Shown: positions 40,303 through 53,717, numbered from the stretch's first letter. The stretch is 64,000 bases of DNA from Octopus sinensis (GCF_006345805.1 NC_043009.1:2542001-2606000); one strand, 5' to 3'. Translations and numbers: made by a program. The notes: generated by a model not told the origin, from the letters alone.

Positions 40303-40342
<40 letters not shown>

Positions 40343-40422
40343 TATTATTATATATATATATATATAATATATAACTGTATGTATGTATAGTATATATGTA
40401 TTAATAAATAAAAAATATATAA

Positions 40423-40521
<99 letters not shown>

Positions 40522-40534
40522 CATATACATATAT

Positions 40535-40687
40535 ATATACGACAGACCTTTCTGTTTCCGCCTACCAAATTCACTCACAAAGCTTTGGTCGGCCTGGAGC
40601 AATCGTGGAAGAGACTTGCAAATGGCAACCTGGGATCATGTAGTGCAAAACTAAATGTCTTACCACGCAGCCACGCCTATGCCTTTA
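40535..40687 (-). mobile_element. SINE family A 5' half
   Basis: ctaccaaattcactcacaaagctttggtcggcc...cttaccacgcagccacgcc. Confidence 0.75.
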
Positions 40688-42646
40688 TCGCATTTGTCCA
40701 TCTGATGTGTTTCTTTCTTTTTCTATATTGACTAGCTTTAAGTATATTAATGCGTTCGTGAACCATTAACGTCACTGATGTAGGGCGAGAGATTCTCTGA
40801 ATAATATATTTCCCGTTCTATGAACAATTCTCTCATCATATCTTCAACAATTACAGACAAGTCCATAACGACCCAAGAATGTCAAATATGACAGAATATG
40901 AACACGACCAGAGTGGTCCCTCGTAATTTCTAAAAAGTTTAACCGAAAAGTAATCATGAAGATTACATTCTTTCTCTCACATAGATATTTCTAATTGGAC
41001 TTGCAACGCACACAGCATAATATATGTAGAATCTAAGCTCAGGCTATATATATTATGTGACAGACTGGTGTGAAACGAACATGTTTCAATTGATTAAGAA
41101 CCACCAACATTGCCATTAAGCATTCAATGTTTTACTGTATTGCAATGTGATATATAACCTCAGAGTTTTGGATACATATAGCTTATATTGTTCTGCTGCC
41201 CTATCGAAGTATATCATTATGTTTTGAATATATTGTGTGGCTGTTCGCTAGTCTGATTCTATTCTCGCTTCCTTATGTCACGTAAATCCGCGATGTTAAA
41301 TATAGTTATCACACACGTTTTTAATGCTTAATATTATATCGATTTTCTGATATTGTATCGATTTTTGTTCGTTTCCATATCTTGCCACAATATACAATAG
41401 CATTCTTTCTCAACGGGCTTTAGGATAACGTTAAAAATTTTGCAGAGAAAAAAAAATTGCTTCTATTTATTGCAGTCTTTTAACGAAGGAAATAAATGCA
41501 TTAACTATAGATTCACGAGTTAAATATAGCATTTTGTACGGCGGATTGTTAAATTCAACCTTTGTCTACCACAGACCATATTTAATAATGTAAGGCATTA
41601 TAGTTAAAGTTAGGGTTAAGATAAAAGACTGCCATATTTGCAAACAGTTCTCTTTCATCTTAACAAAATGACGAAATAAAAGATAACGCATGATTATATT
41701 AGCAAAGGAGTTAGTTATTTATCTATTTAACACACACACACACACATACGCATATGTATATATGTAAAGCAACAACAAAAGAAAGCATACTGTACTTTTC
41801 ATAAGCTATATCGAAAAATGTTCTAAACGAAATGTCCTTTTAATGTAGTAACACTATTGTGATAACAATCACATGTATAGAAGATTCCCGAGAATAGTAC
41901 AGAGTTGTCGTCGATGGTGTGAAATCGCTTATTATATTGGTTTCGTTTCTCTCCCTTTACTCGGTGTCAAATTTGCATTTCGTCTGGTCCTCGATTTTCA
42001 AATAATTATGTATAATGCACAGTTTATATTCTACTCTAATTATTCATGTAAGCAGTTCAGCATTGGCTGCTTTTGATTAAAAATAAAGATTTAGTTATAT
42101 TGTTTAGATCTGGTTAAGTCTTTTTTTTTCTTCCATGAGTAGAAATTAACATATCTAGTTATTGATTCGAAGCGTAAGTCACCTGTCTTTACATTATATA
42201 TCTCTCCATAAGTCTCTTTAATTCTATAGCCCCATATTCCAAGCTATCCAGAAGAGTCAACAATATTTGCGAGTGTATATATACGAGTGTGTAGATCGGC
42301 AGGTGTGTCTTTCATTTGTTTAGTTATCAAGAAAGCGGATTAAATCGTGGAGATAGTGATCACTAATTTCATGTGTTAACTAAGCCTTTTTCTTAGTGGT
42401 TTAAGACATAAGATTAAGGACATAATATGTAGGATGATTAAATGGTAATTAGTGGTTGTCTCATTCCCATTATGATCATGTCCTATATGAATCTTGGCTC
42501 TGTGGAGTTAAGGATTTACATCAATTTATTATTGGTATGTTGTGTACATCCGATGTACATAAATATATTTCTACCTCTCTACAATCAAACTCATAAATTG
42601 CGGTTATGGCCTCTCTGTTAAAATATTAATTAGAGAGGAATGTAAT

Positions 42647-42841
42647 ATGAAAGAAACATGGCTGCTATTTCTAACACGAATCATAATCATAGCAGGAACA
42701 TCATCATTGGCTCCTGAAACACATTTCAGTAATGATGACAAAACATACAAAAGAGGCAACTGCTATGGTGGGACAGGCTGTTTAAAATCATGCCAAATTT
42801 TAGGTGGAGTGGAATATTGTACTAATTATGACGACACATAA
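42647..42841 (+). CDS. Candidate small secreted Cys-rich prepropeptide (64 aa), unverified
   Basis: ATG with A at -3, hydrophobic N-terminus WLLFLTRIIIIAGTSSLA, KR dibasic site, then GNCYGGTGCLKSCQILGGVEYCTNYDDT; a decayed paralogue follows at 42843-42984. Confidence 0.3.
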   Translation: MKETWLLFLTRIIIIAGTSSLAPETHFSNDDKTYKRGNCYGGTGCLKSCQILGGVEYCTNYDDT

Positions 42842-43003
42842 ATCGAAGAAGATTTAGTTGCTATTTCTAACACCACTTACGATTATAGCAGAGTTTTTTT
42901 TGAGCCTCATAGTCATTATATGCCAGTTGTGACAAAAGACGAAACGAGCCAAAATCAATATAAAGGAACAGGATTTAAAAAATAACGACAAGCACTTGCG
43001 GTA

Positions 43004-43172
43004 GGCGCAGGAGTGGCTGTGCGGTAAGAAGCTTGCCTCCTAATCACATGTTTCCGTGTTCAGTCCCGCTGCGTTGCACCTTGGGCTAGTGTCTTCTATT
43101 TTAAACTCGGGCTGACCAAAGCCTTGTGAGTAGATTTGGTAGACGGAAACTGAAAGAAGCCAGCCGTATATA
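43004..43172 (+). mobile_element. SINE family A 5' half
   Basis: ggcgcaggagtggctgtgcggtaag...gaaagaagcc. Confidence 0.9.
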
Positions 43173-43179
43173 TATACGC

Positions 43180-43580
43180 TTTTACTCTTTTACTTGTTTC
43201 AGTCATTTGACTGCAGCCATGCTGGAGCACCGCCTTTAGTCGAGCAAATCGACCCTAGGACTTATTCTTTTGCAAGCCTAGTACTTATTCTATCGGTCTC
43301 TTTTGCCGAACCGCTAAGCTACAGGTACGTAAACACACCATCATCGATGGTGGGAGTGGGACAATCACAGACACACAAACATATACACACACATACATAT
43401 ATATATATACATATATACGACGTGCTTCTTCCAGTTTCCGTCTACCAAATCCACTCACAAGGCTTTGGTCGGCCCGAGGCTATAGTAGAAGACAGTTGCC
43501 CAAGGTGTCACGCAGTGGGACTGAACCCGGAACCATGTGGTTAGTAAGCTATCTACTTACCACACAGCCATTCCTGCGCC
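43180..43580 (-). mobile_element. SINE family A, full length
   Basis: Collinear with the other copies; inverted relative to 43004-43172. Confidence 0.9.
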
Positions 43581-43612
<32 letters not shown>

Positions 43613-43625
43613 ATATATATTTGTT

Positions 43626-43830
43626 TGTGTGTGCGTATATCTGTGCGCCATCACTGCTTGACGACCGGTGTTGATGTGTTTATATCCCCGTAACTTGGCT
43701 ATTGAGACAAAGAAATCTACAGACTACGTACCAGGCCTTCAAATAAAAGGAATTACTGATATCGATTCATTCGACTAAATTTTCTTGGAGTCAGCATGGC
43801 CACACTCTAATATTTGAAACACGTAAAATA
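43626..43830 (+). mobile_element. SINE family A 3' half, degenerate
   Basis: gcttgacgaccggtgttgatgtgtttatatccccgtaactt...agcatggcc. Confidence 0.6.
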
Positions 43831-44012
43831 ATTTTTAGGTGCCAAAGCGAATGAAACACACGTCAACGCAATCAGTTGGTTTCAAAACCAACATCAGTAT
43901 CCAGTAATATGTATGTTCTACTTCCATTGATTCCAGAAGTTATATCCGTCAATTTTCATATTTCAACATAAAACTCATATTCAGAAATTCACACACACAC
44001 ACACGCACACAC

Positions 44013-44090
<78 letters not shown>

Positions 44091-44744
44091 CGATTATTAC
44101 CGTCTCATAATTATCGATGCTGGTCCATTTTTATTGGACTCATAATTACTATTTGCAATTTTGATGTTTCCTTATAGGAATCAGGAAATTATTTTGATTT
44201 CATTTGATTAAGGGTAGAATTACATACTGGAAGGACACAAAAATTGTATCACATGAAATTTATTAAAATAATAACAGTGCATGAGGAATACTTTGGCCTT
44301 AATTAGTGACTAGAAACCTGGCTGATTCCTCTCCATTAGTCTAGATGTTTGCAAAAGGAGTTATTAAAATCGGTTTCGTTTGACTATAAAAATATGATCT
44401 CTAATTTTACAGATGCCGTTACATGGAATCAATTCGAAAATGAGTAGATGCGCAAATAAACCGACCTAGTATCTGAAAGTAAAAGGATGGGGAAAAAATC
44501 AGAAAATTGATTGGCCAAAGCCTTCTCTCTTGATGTACGACCTTGGAATGGAAGATGTAATGGAGCAGAAGTCTGATTACCTTGCGATAATTGCTTTAAC
44601 CTTTCACCGTCCTATTTCTCGCTTTTAAACCTTCTATGTTCTGTGAAATATGTAAGAATTCTGTGTAGGTCTTTATTTACTCTTCTTCATATGTTTAATT
44701 GTAAGGAATTACTTTGAACATACTGCGCCATAATTATTGGCTTC

Positions 44745-44959
44745 GAATTTTGTCACATGGCTGGTAATTCTTAGGAGCAGAAAAAGTCGATTACACCGAT
44801 CCAAGTTATTCAACTGGTACTTATTTTATCGATCCCAAAAGGATGAAAGGTAAAGTGGAGCTTGGTGGAATTTGAGCTCTGTACTTAAAGAAAGGCGAAA
44901 TGCCGCTAAGCATTTAAGCATTCTTCTCGGCGTGCTAACCATTCTGCGAGCTCACCGCA
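44745..44959 (-). mobile_element. SINE family B, degenerate
   Basis: actggtacttattttatcgatcccaaaaggatgaaagg...ggcgtgctaaccattctgcgagctcacc. Confidence 0.8.
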
Positions 44960-45007
44960 GTATACTGCGCCATATTTATTCCAAATATGATTGGAATAGA
45001 AATCATT

Positions 45008-45053
<46 letters not shown>

Positions 45054-45084
45054 AGTGTGTGTGTGTGTGAGTGTGTGTGTGTGT

Positions 45085-45400
45085 GAAGGCGCATAACTCA
45101 GTGGTTAGAGCGTCGAGGTTGTGAATTCGAATCCCGGACCAGGCTGCGTGTTGTGTTCTTGAGCAACACACTTTATTTCACGTTGCTCCAGTTCACTCAG
45201 ATGTAGAAATGTGTTGCGAAGTCACAGCTGTATCGGCCGTTGCCTTTCCCTTGGAAAACACTGGTGGTGTGGAGAGGGGAGGCCGGTATGCATGGGCGAC
45301 TGCTGGTCTTCCATAAACAACCTTGCCCGGCTTTGTGCTTGGTAGGGTAACTTTCTGGATGCAATCCCATGGTTGGTGTCGTGACCGAAGCGGGTCTCAG
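45085..45400 (+). mobile_element. SINE family E (tRNA head, CORE-like centre shared with family C, different tail)
   Basis: A-box tcagtggttagagc, B-box ttcgaatccc, gtgttcttgagcaacacactttatttcacgttgctccag; tail homologous to 16920-17100. Confidence 0.8.
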
Positions 45401-45494
45401 CATATATATATTTATATATAAGTTAACTTATATAATTTGAATTTAGTGACTATATTTATGCAGGAATAAGATGTTAAGGTGTTAAAAAAAGTGT

Positions 45495-45852
45495 TACGAC
45501 GACGAGGTTTCCAGTCGATCCGATTCAACGGAACAGCCTTCTCGTGAAGTAAACGTGCAAGTGGCTGAGCACTCCAGAGACACGTGTACCCTTAACGTAA
45601 TTCACGTGGAGATTCAGCGTGACACAGAGTGTGACAAGGATGGCCCCTTTGAAATACAGGTACAACAGTAACAGGAGGAAAGAGTGTGAGAAAGTTGTGG
45701 TGAAATAGTACAGCAGGGTTGCTGCCACGCCCTGACAGAGTTTCATGTGTTTTCACTTAATAAACACTCATAATAAACACTAGTCTGGGTATTGAAACTG
45801 CGATTCTATGACCGCTAATCTACTGCCCTCACCACTGGGCCATTGCGCTTCC
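45495..45852 (-). mobile_element. SINE family D (Nin-domain-like by recall)
   Basis: Homologous to 52005-52314, 52799-53109 and the head of 61170-61465. Confidence 0.85.
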
Positions 45853-46092
45853 ACTAAAGAAGTATTAGACTATTTACACAAATAGTCACCGTTTAAATAT
45901 GAGTCAGCTTTTTGTTAGGTTGTAATTCAATAGACAAAAATTTGTTTTTAGTAGTCTTCGTCATAGTTTAACCTGTCAAGACGTTAAGAAACTTGCTTGT
46001 ACTATTCCTTGGCAGTGATTAAATATTTTATTATTTGATAACTCGAATAGTGATTTTCTCTGCGGTAAGTGCCTTCTCATTTCTTTTCTACT

Positions 46093-46662
46093 CCAGGCAC
46101 AAGGCCCGACATTTTGGAAGAAGGGGTCAGTCGATTAGATCAACTCTTGTACGCAACTGGTACTTAATTTATCGACCACAAAAGGATGACAGGCAAAGCT
46201 GACCTCGGCGGAATTTGAACTCAGAACTTAAAGATAGACGTAATACCTATTTCTTTACTACCCACAAGGGGCTAAATATAGAGGGGACGAACAAGGACAG
46301 TCAAACGGATTAAGTCGATTATATCGACCCCAGTGCGTGACTGGTACTTATTTAATCGACCCCGAAAAGATAAAAAGCAAAGTCGACCTCGGCGGAATTT
46401 GAACTCAGAACGTAACGGCAGACGAAATACCCATTTCTTTACTACCCACAAGGGGCTAAACACAGAGGGGACGAACACGGACAGACGAACGGATTAAGTC
46501 GATTATATCGACCCCAGTGCGTGACTGGTACTTATTTAATCGACCCCGAAAAGATAAAAAGCAAAGTCGACCTCGGAAGAATTTGAACCCAGAACGAAGC
46601 GGCAGACTAAATACCTCTAAGCATTTCGCCCGGCGTGATAACGTTTCTGCCAGCTCACCGCC
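46093..46662 (-). mobile_element. SINE family B trimer
   Basis: Three units with a period of about 180 bp; junctions near 46250 and 46430. Confidence 0.9.
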
Positions 46663-47158
46663 TAAAAATGCCCTCTGAATTGTATAAATGCGGGTACGTT
46701 TACTAAATTTAATGGCGTTGATTAACGGAGAAGCCTATATTATCGAACCTGATGGGGAGGAAATAAGGACTAAACATTTTCGGAATGAAATAGAACATAA
46801 AGTAAAGGTATTTGGTTGTTCAAAAAATTTAGCTTCAAATACCTTCTATGAAGACACCGGATGTTGTACCCTGAAACATTTACGCACTCGATTAAGCAGC
46901 TAGAAATTACGGTGGGATTATAGCCGAACCCTATTATGATGTCTTAATATAAGATTGATATGGAAACCATATCGCCCTTCTTCATTTACAAATTTATACC
47001 TTTGTATTCCTAAAGTGATCATGGGTGGAAAATGCTTCATCTTTCAGTTGCTCAATAAGGCCTGATTGTATGTTTTAAAGAACGAAATCAATGAAACCTT
47101 GGTAACTGTCGTTTGTTAAAGAGCGTTTCAATCGACCAGTTCCACAACAGGGTATGTA

Positions 47159-47189
<31 letters not shown>

Positions 47190-47583
47190 GTGTGTGTATG
47201 TATGTGTGTGTACGTGTAGTATGCATGTATATAAGTGTGTGTGTGTATACATATATATATATATGTATATATTTATATATAATTGTGTCAGTGCATACAT
47301 ACACACAAACACACACATACAAATATATACATACACATGCGTATATACATATATAAATACGCGTGTACACGCGTGTATGTGTAGAAATAAAAATCACATA
47401 CAATCTGTGAATGGTGTCGTTTTACTCAGCTGTTCCGATTTTCCTTAGCGTAAGGCTGCCTAGTGAAACTTGCACATTATTTTTGTAATGTGAATGATCT
47501 CTAAATTACCCGAAAGGATATTTATCAACCTATAAATGATACAGGTTGCGAAATCCAGTTTTAATTTAATCTCAAGTTATATA

Positions 47584-47928
47584 GAGTGGTTGTATACTGT
47601 CAACTTAACGTGACAGTCCCGTAAAGGGAATCACACACCGCTATTTAGCCCTAGGAAGCATCGACGCTTCCTGTCGGCTTTGATACATTTCCTGCGTCCT
47701 TATATTTGCGAAGGGGAGACAGGCCTAGATACCCTAGACTGATGACGAGCAAGACTCAGAAACATTCATGCCTAGCTGGAGGGGGTGCTTGTCTCCCCTT
47801 CGCAACTATAAGGACACAGGAAATGTGTCAAAGCCGACAGGAAGCGTCGATGCTTCCTAGGGCTAAATAGCGATGGTGTGATTCCTTTTACGTGACTGTC
47901 ACGTTAAGTTGACAGTATACAACCGCTC
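47584..47928. mobile_element. Palindromic MITE with TA target-site duplication
   Basis: Inverted arms of about 140 bp (to about 47724 and from about 47787), ~60-nt spacer, TA at 47582-47583 and 47929-47930. Confidence 0.85.
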
Positions 47929-49163
47929 TATCGCTCCACCACTGCTCATATCTCTCTGAGATATTTAGAAATTTAACATTTCTCATCAAGTTATATATTC
48001 ATATGTAAAAACGTATTGTTTTCATTTTTCATTCCATTAAACGATACTGTGTTTCCAAGGGAGATAAGTAATACACCTACATTCGAATTAAATTCTTCCT
48101 GAAATTTTGTGCAAATTCATACGGTTAAACATTTTCATAGCATTTGACTAGAACAATGTTTTTCCTCAGTTGCATCTACTGCACTTAAAGAATAAAAGAG
48201 GTCTGATGTATAATTTTGACTCGAAAGTAATTCTAAATCACAGGTAATACCACGTGGAATTGAACGAAAACCAATATGTTCGTACGTTATAAAGATTCTA
48301 GATATTTATATATTTATGTTTGATTTATATACATTTCACCTTTTAAATGTTATCATATGAAGTCAATATCGATTTGTACTGTATTGTTGATAGACCACCG
48401 TACTTAGAAAGATGTCGGTTTATTAGATTAAAAGAACAAGTCATCGATTTTATATTAATTTCTTGGTGGTGTGATTCGTTTATATTTTCATATTTATTTG
48501 TCTTGTTTTATTCTTCTGGTCTGTAAACAATCCGCAATTGATCAAACAACTTCGCTATGAAATGTAAAACATAAAAAAGAGATAAAGCAACTGATAATGT
48601 CAAGACCATGTATAAAATGCACAAAAGGTGATGGTTTAATTTAATCTCGCGGAGATAGGTGTTAATTTACTTAAACAATATTTTGTTCTACTACGGTCTA
48701 AATTATTAATCAATATCCGCTCCTTTTAAAAACACAAAAAAAAAAAATGATCGACACCGAACGAAGAACAGAATTAAATAAGACACTACATTATATGTAC
48801 GCATGGTATATATATATACACACACATAGAGAAGCACATACATACATAGTCACACACACACCAGTGTGTGTGTGTATATATATATGTATATTTATGTGTA
48901 TTATATATATATATATATATGTATCATGTATGTATATATATATACATATATATATATGTGTGTGTAGAGAGAGAGAGGGAGAGAGAGAGAGAGACAGAAA
49001 GAAAGAGAGAGAGGAAGAGAGAGAGATACACACAAATATGTAAAGATAGATATATAGATATATATTTATGCATACATATAAATTTGTGTATGCATAATGT
49101 ACATACGTACACACACATACACGCAAACACATATAAATACGCACACATCACATACACACACAT

Positions 49164-49197
<34 letters not shown>

Positions 49198-49903
49198 CTA
49201 CCATTTTATGGGTGTGTGTGTGCGTGCGTGTGTCTGTACGTATGTGTATGTACGTATTCATATTTATATGTCCTGCTTACTTTTATTCATAGCAGTTAGG
49301 GCCATTTATTAGCCGTCCTCGAAGCAGTTAGCTATAGTTGTTGTGTGTGATCCCATTCATCAAAGGGAAATTAATACGACAAACACAATGTAATTATGAA
49401 CGATATCAAAGAAAAAGCGTACAGCATATTTATTTGATATTTTTTTTAATAATATGTGGCGTAGTTTTTATTCACTTTCATTGGAAATATTCAGTCAGAT
49501 GACTGACGCATAAAATATAGGAACGAACGACAGCTATATGTTACAATTGCTGAAGATCATGACCGTCCCTCTAGAATAGCGCCTTCTCCTACGATTTCAC
49601 CTTTAAACGAGTGAAACTATGGCTACGAGAAATACACGCTGAGACACGTACTTTACAAGCACATACACGCTCATACAAACATATACGCTCACACGCACAT
49701 ATGTATTCATATATCAAGCGTTATTGTTTTCGTGCTCAACAACCACATGGGTTTAGAGTCCGTTACAATTGCGTAAATCACATAATGTCCTAATAACTAA
49801 GTTTCTCCTGCCGCTGAAATCAGTCAACCGTGTACGTCAGAGCGATTGCGATAATTATTCAACAATCATGTCCTTTTTATAGCACACACACATGAAGCTA
49901 TGT

Positions 49904-49936
<33 letters not shown>

Positions 49937-49940
49937 CACG

Positions 49941-49997
<57 letters not shown>

Positions 49998-49999
49998 TT

Positions 50000-50365
50000 G
50001 GCGTGGTTGTGTGGTAGGTAGCTTGCTTCCCAACAACATGATTCCTTGTTCAGGACCATTGCATGGCACCTTGGGCAAGTCTCTTCTATGATAACCTTGG
50101 GCCAGCCAAAGATTTCAAAGTGGATTTGGTAGATGGTAACTGAAAGAAACCCGTCGTATATATTTTCATGTCTGTTTTTGTCCACTGCCATCACTGTGTT
50201 TTTACGTCTCCGTAACCTAGCGTTTCAGCAAAAGGGCTCAATGGAATTAGTGATAAGCTTACAAACATTAAGTCCTAGGGTCATTTGTTCAACTAGAGGT
50301 GGTGCTCTAGCATGACCGCAGCCAGCCGTATGGCTGAAACGAGTAAGGGGATAAAAGTAAAAGAG
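50000..50365 (+). mobile_element. SINE family A, degenerate
   Basis: ggcgtggttgtgtggtaggtagcttgc...ggcaccttgggcaagt...ggtgctctagcatgaccgc. Confidence 0.8.
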
Positions 50366-50539
50366 TATGTGTGTGTGTGTGTATGTACGTGTGCACCTCT
50401 CTCTTCTTTCTTTCTTCCTATCTTTCTTTCCTTCCACCTCTATGCATCCGTCCACATATATGAAAATACAAGAAATACAGGTGTACATATATTCATACAT
50501 ACAAACAATCTTTGCATACATACGTACATAATATATATA

Positions 50540-50597
<58 letters not shown>

Positions 50598-50649
50598 ATA
50601 TATATTATATATATACTTATATATACACACACACTTCACACTTTCATAT

Positions 50650-50685
<36 letters not shown>

Positions 50686-50715
50686 CACACTACACACATT
50701 CATATATATTATATC

Positions 50716-50760
<45 letters not shown>

Positions 50761-50766
<6 letters not shown>

Positions 50767-51310
50767 AGAAAATAGTAAAGTGTGAAAAAACGACAGAAGG
50801 CTAAATGTTAAAAAATAATATATTTGTGTCAAAATGTCTGGAGAATATTGGAAAATTTTTTTTTCCTTTCTTAAAATGACATAATTAAAAATTTTAAAGA
50901 AATGACCGGTTCGCGTGTAGCTTTTCAAATTTCTGTGACGTTATGTTTATATTGCATGGAATTATCGTTGTTTTTATTTCCAGGAGATTTCTAAATAAGG
51001 GGAGGTAGTGAGTGATTTTAAGTGATTATCTCCCCTACACCGGAAAAATCACTCACTACCTCCCCTTATTTAGAAATCTCCTGGAATAAAAAACAACGAT
51101 AATTCCATGCAATATAAACATAACGTCACAAGAAATTTAAAGCTACACGCGAAACCGGTCATTTCTTTAAAAATTTTTTAAATTATGTCATTTTAAGGAA
51201 AGGAAAAAAAATTTTTCCAATATTCTCCAGAAATTTTGACACAAATATATATATTTTTTAACATTTAAGCCTTCTGTCGTTTTTTCACACTTTACTATTT
51301 TCTTATATAT
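50761..51310. mobile_element. Head-to-head inverted pair of PLE pseudo-LTRs (550-bp palindrome)
   Basis: Arms 50761-51019 and 51045-51310, both homologous to 29958-30260; the 25-nt spacer continues the right arm. HHR motifs at 50899-50933 (-) and 51132-51165 (+). Confidence 0.85.
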
Positions 51311-51545
51311 TCACCCACGTGCTTTACCAAACAAACTTTCTTATCTATATATATATATATACACATATACTTATATATACACACATACACACACATTCAT
51401 ATATATATTGCTTGTGTGTGTGTGTGTGCGCGCCACTGTGTATGTTTATGTATATCAGTTTAAATAACAATGTATGGAACATTTGTAACGCGTAACTGGG
51501 GTGTTATCTAGGGTGTTTTCAGATAATTTGCCATTCCTCTCCATT

Positions 51546-51730
51546 CCTACTCACACACAAAGTCATATACACACGTATTCACACACGCAGAAGCATATAT
51601 ATTCTTCTGCAATTTTACTCTACATATATACGTGTGTGTATGTGTGCTTGTGCACGTGCGCGCTTGTATATAAAGAAATAAAATCTCCAATTCGTCAATT
51701 GTCGTTTTCAAAATCAGTTGTGTCGACGTT

Positions 51731-51808
<78 letters not shown>

Positions 51809-51809
51809 T

Positions 51810-51858
<49 letters not shown>

Positions 51859-51948
51859 CATATATATATATAATATATATATACATATATGTATATATGT
51901 ATATATATATTATATATATATTATATATATCTATATATATATTATATT

Positions 51949-51979
<31 letters not shown>

Positions 51980-52506
51980 CTGTATATATATGTATATATA
52001 TATATGACACACCGTCGGTTACAACGACGAGGATTCTATTGATCCGATCAACGGAACAGGCCTGCTCGTGAAATTACACGACACGTTTACCTTAACGTAG
52101 TTCCAGGGAGATTCAGCGTGACACAGAGTGCGATAAAGTTGGCCCTTTGAAATACGGGTACAACAGAAACACGAAGAAAGAGTGAGAGAAAGTTGTGGTG
52201 ATAGATTACAGCAGGTTTTAGCAGGGTTCGCCACGACCTTCTGCCAGAGCCTCGTGGCGCTTTAGGCGTTTTCGCTCAATAAACACGCACAACGACCACC
52301 GAGCCATTGCGCCTACTCACACACAAAGTCATATACACACGTATTCACACACGCAGAAGCATATATATTCTTCTGCAATTTTACTCTACATATATACGTG
52401 TGTGTATGTGTGCTTGTGCACGTGCGCGCTTGTATATAAAGAAATAAAATCTCCAATTCGTCAATTGTCGTTTTCAAAATCAGTTGTGTCGACGTTATAT
52501 ATATAA

Positions 52507-52564
<58 letters not shown>

Positions 52565-52643
52565 CATACATATACTATATAGTTATATATATATATATAT
52601 ATACATACATACATACATAATATAGATATATAATATAGATATA

Positions 52644-52675
<32 letters not shown>

Positions 52676-52729
52676 AATATATATAACATATATGTATATA
52701 TGTATATATATATTATATATATATGTATA

Positions 52730-52760
<31 letters not shown>

Positions 52761-52763
52761 ATG

Positions 52764-52798
<35 letters not shown>

Positions 52799-53109
52799 GA
52801 CACACCGTCGGTTACAACGACGAGGATTCTATTTGATCCGATCAACGGAACAGCCTGCTCGTGAAATTACACGACACGTTTACCCTTAACGTAGTTCCCA
52901 GGGAGATTCAGCGTGACACAGAGTGCGATAAAGTTGGCCCTTTGAAATACGGGTACAACAGAAACACGAAGAAAGAGTGAGAGAAAGTTGTGGTGATAGA
53001 TTACAGCAGGTTTTAGCAGGGTTCGCCACGACCTTCTGCCAGAGCCTCGTGGCGCTTTAGGCGTTTTCGCTCAATAAACACGCACAACGACCACCGAGCC
53101 ATTGCGCCT
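51546..53109. repeat. Direct tandem duplication of about 770-800 bp, each unit with an AT microsatellite and a family D SINE
   Basis: Units 51546-52311 and 52312-53109 with CCT microhomology at the boundaries; unique parts differ almost only by homopolymer indels. Confidence 0.9.
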
Positions 53110-53594
53110 CCACATATATGTATAACTTATATGAGTATATATATATATATACTTATATGTCTGCCTGTATATATACATGTGTGTGTGTGTGTGTGTAAAC
53201 ATTAAAATCTTATATCATGTATCAGCTGTCTTCTGAAGTCCTGTCGATTCTCCTTAGTGTAAGACAGCATAGTGAAACCTGTACATCATTGTATGTAATA
53301 TAAACGATGTGAAAATTATCCGGAAAGAAATATATGAATTCATGAATGAAGGACCATGAAACTCAAGGATTTCATTCGTGAGATTTCCTGAATTATCTTG
53401 GTGGAGCAACGCTGAATTGCCACTAAAATTTTGACACTATCAGATTGATCTTATTTGACACCTGTAGTTCATACAGCTCTGGAAAGATGTCCTCCATAGG
53501 TTTTCTCGTTCCTTGTTCTGAAAATCCTCTGAATACACCAGCTTGCTTGCACTAGGCCGCATTCTTGGTGATCATCTTTTATGCTGTTACATGT

Positions 53595-53717
53595 TATTAT
53601 TATCATTCTTCTTCTTCTTCTTCTTCTTCTTCTTCTTCTTCTTCTTCTCTTCTTCTTCTTCTTCTTCTTCTTCTTTATCTTCTTCTTCTTCTCCTCCTCC
53701 TCCTCCTCCTCCTCCTC

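Noticed and set aside
45085-45145. tRNA-like sequence with A and B boxes (also in other SINE heads)
   Set aside because: No complete cloverleaf, and it continues into a SINE body.
46093-46662. Regularly spaced repeats resembling a CRISPR array
   Set aside because: The units are ~180-bp SINE multimers with no unique spacers or cas genes, in a eukaryotic context.
47435-47525. ~90-bp dispersed repeat shared with 53243-53335, containing GAAAC
   Set aside because: The repeat is real but unclassifiable, and the HHR core and stem I could not be completed.
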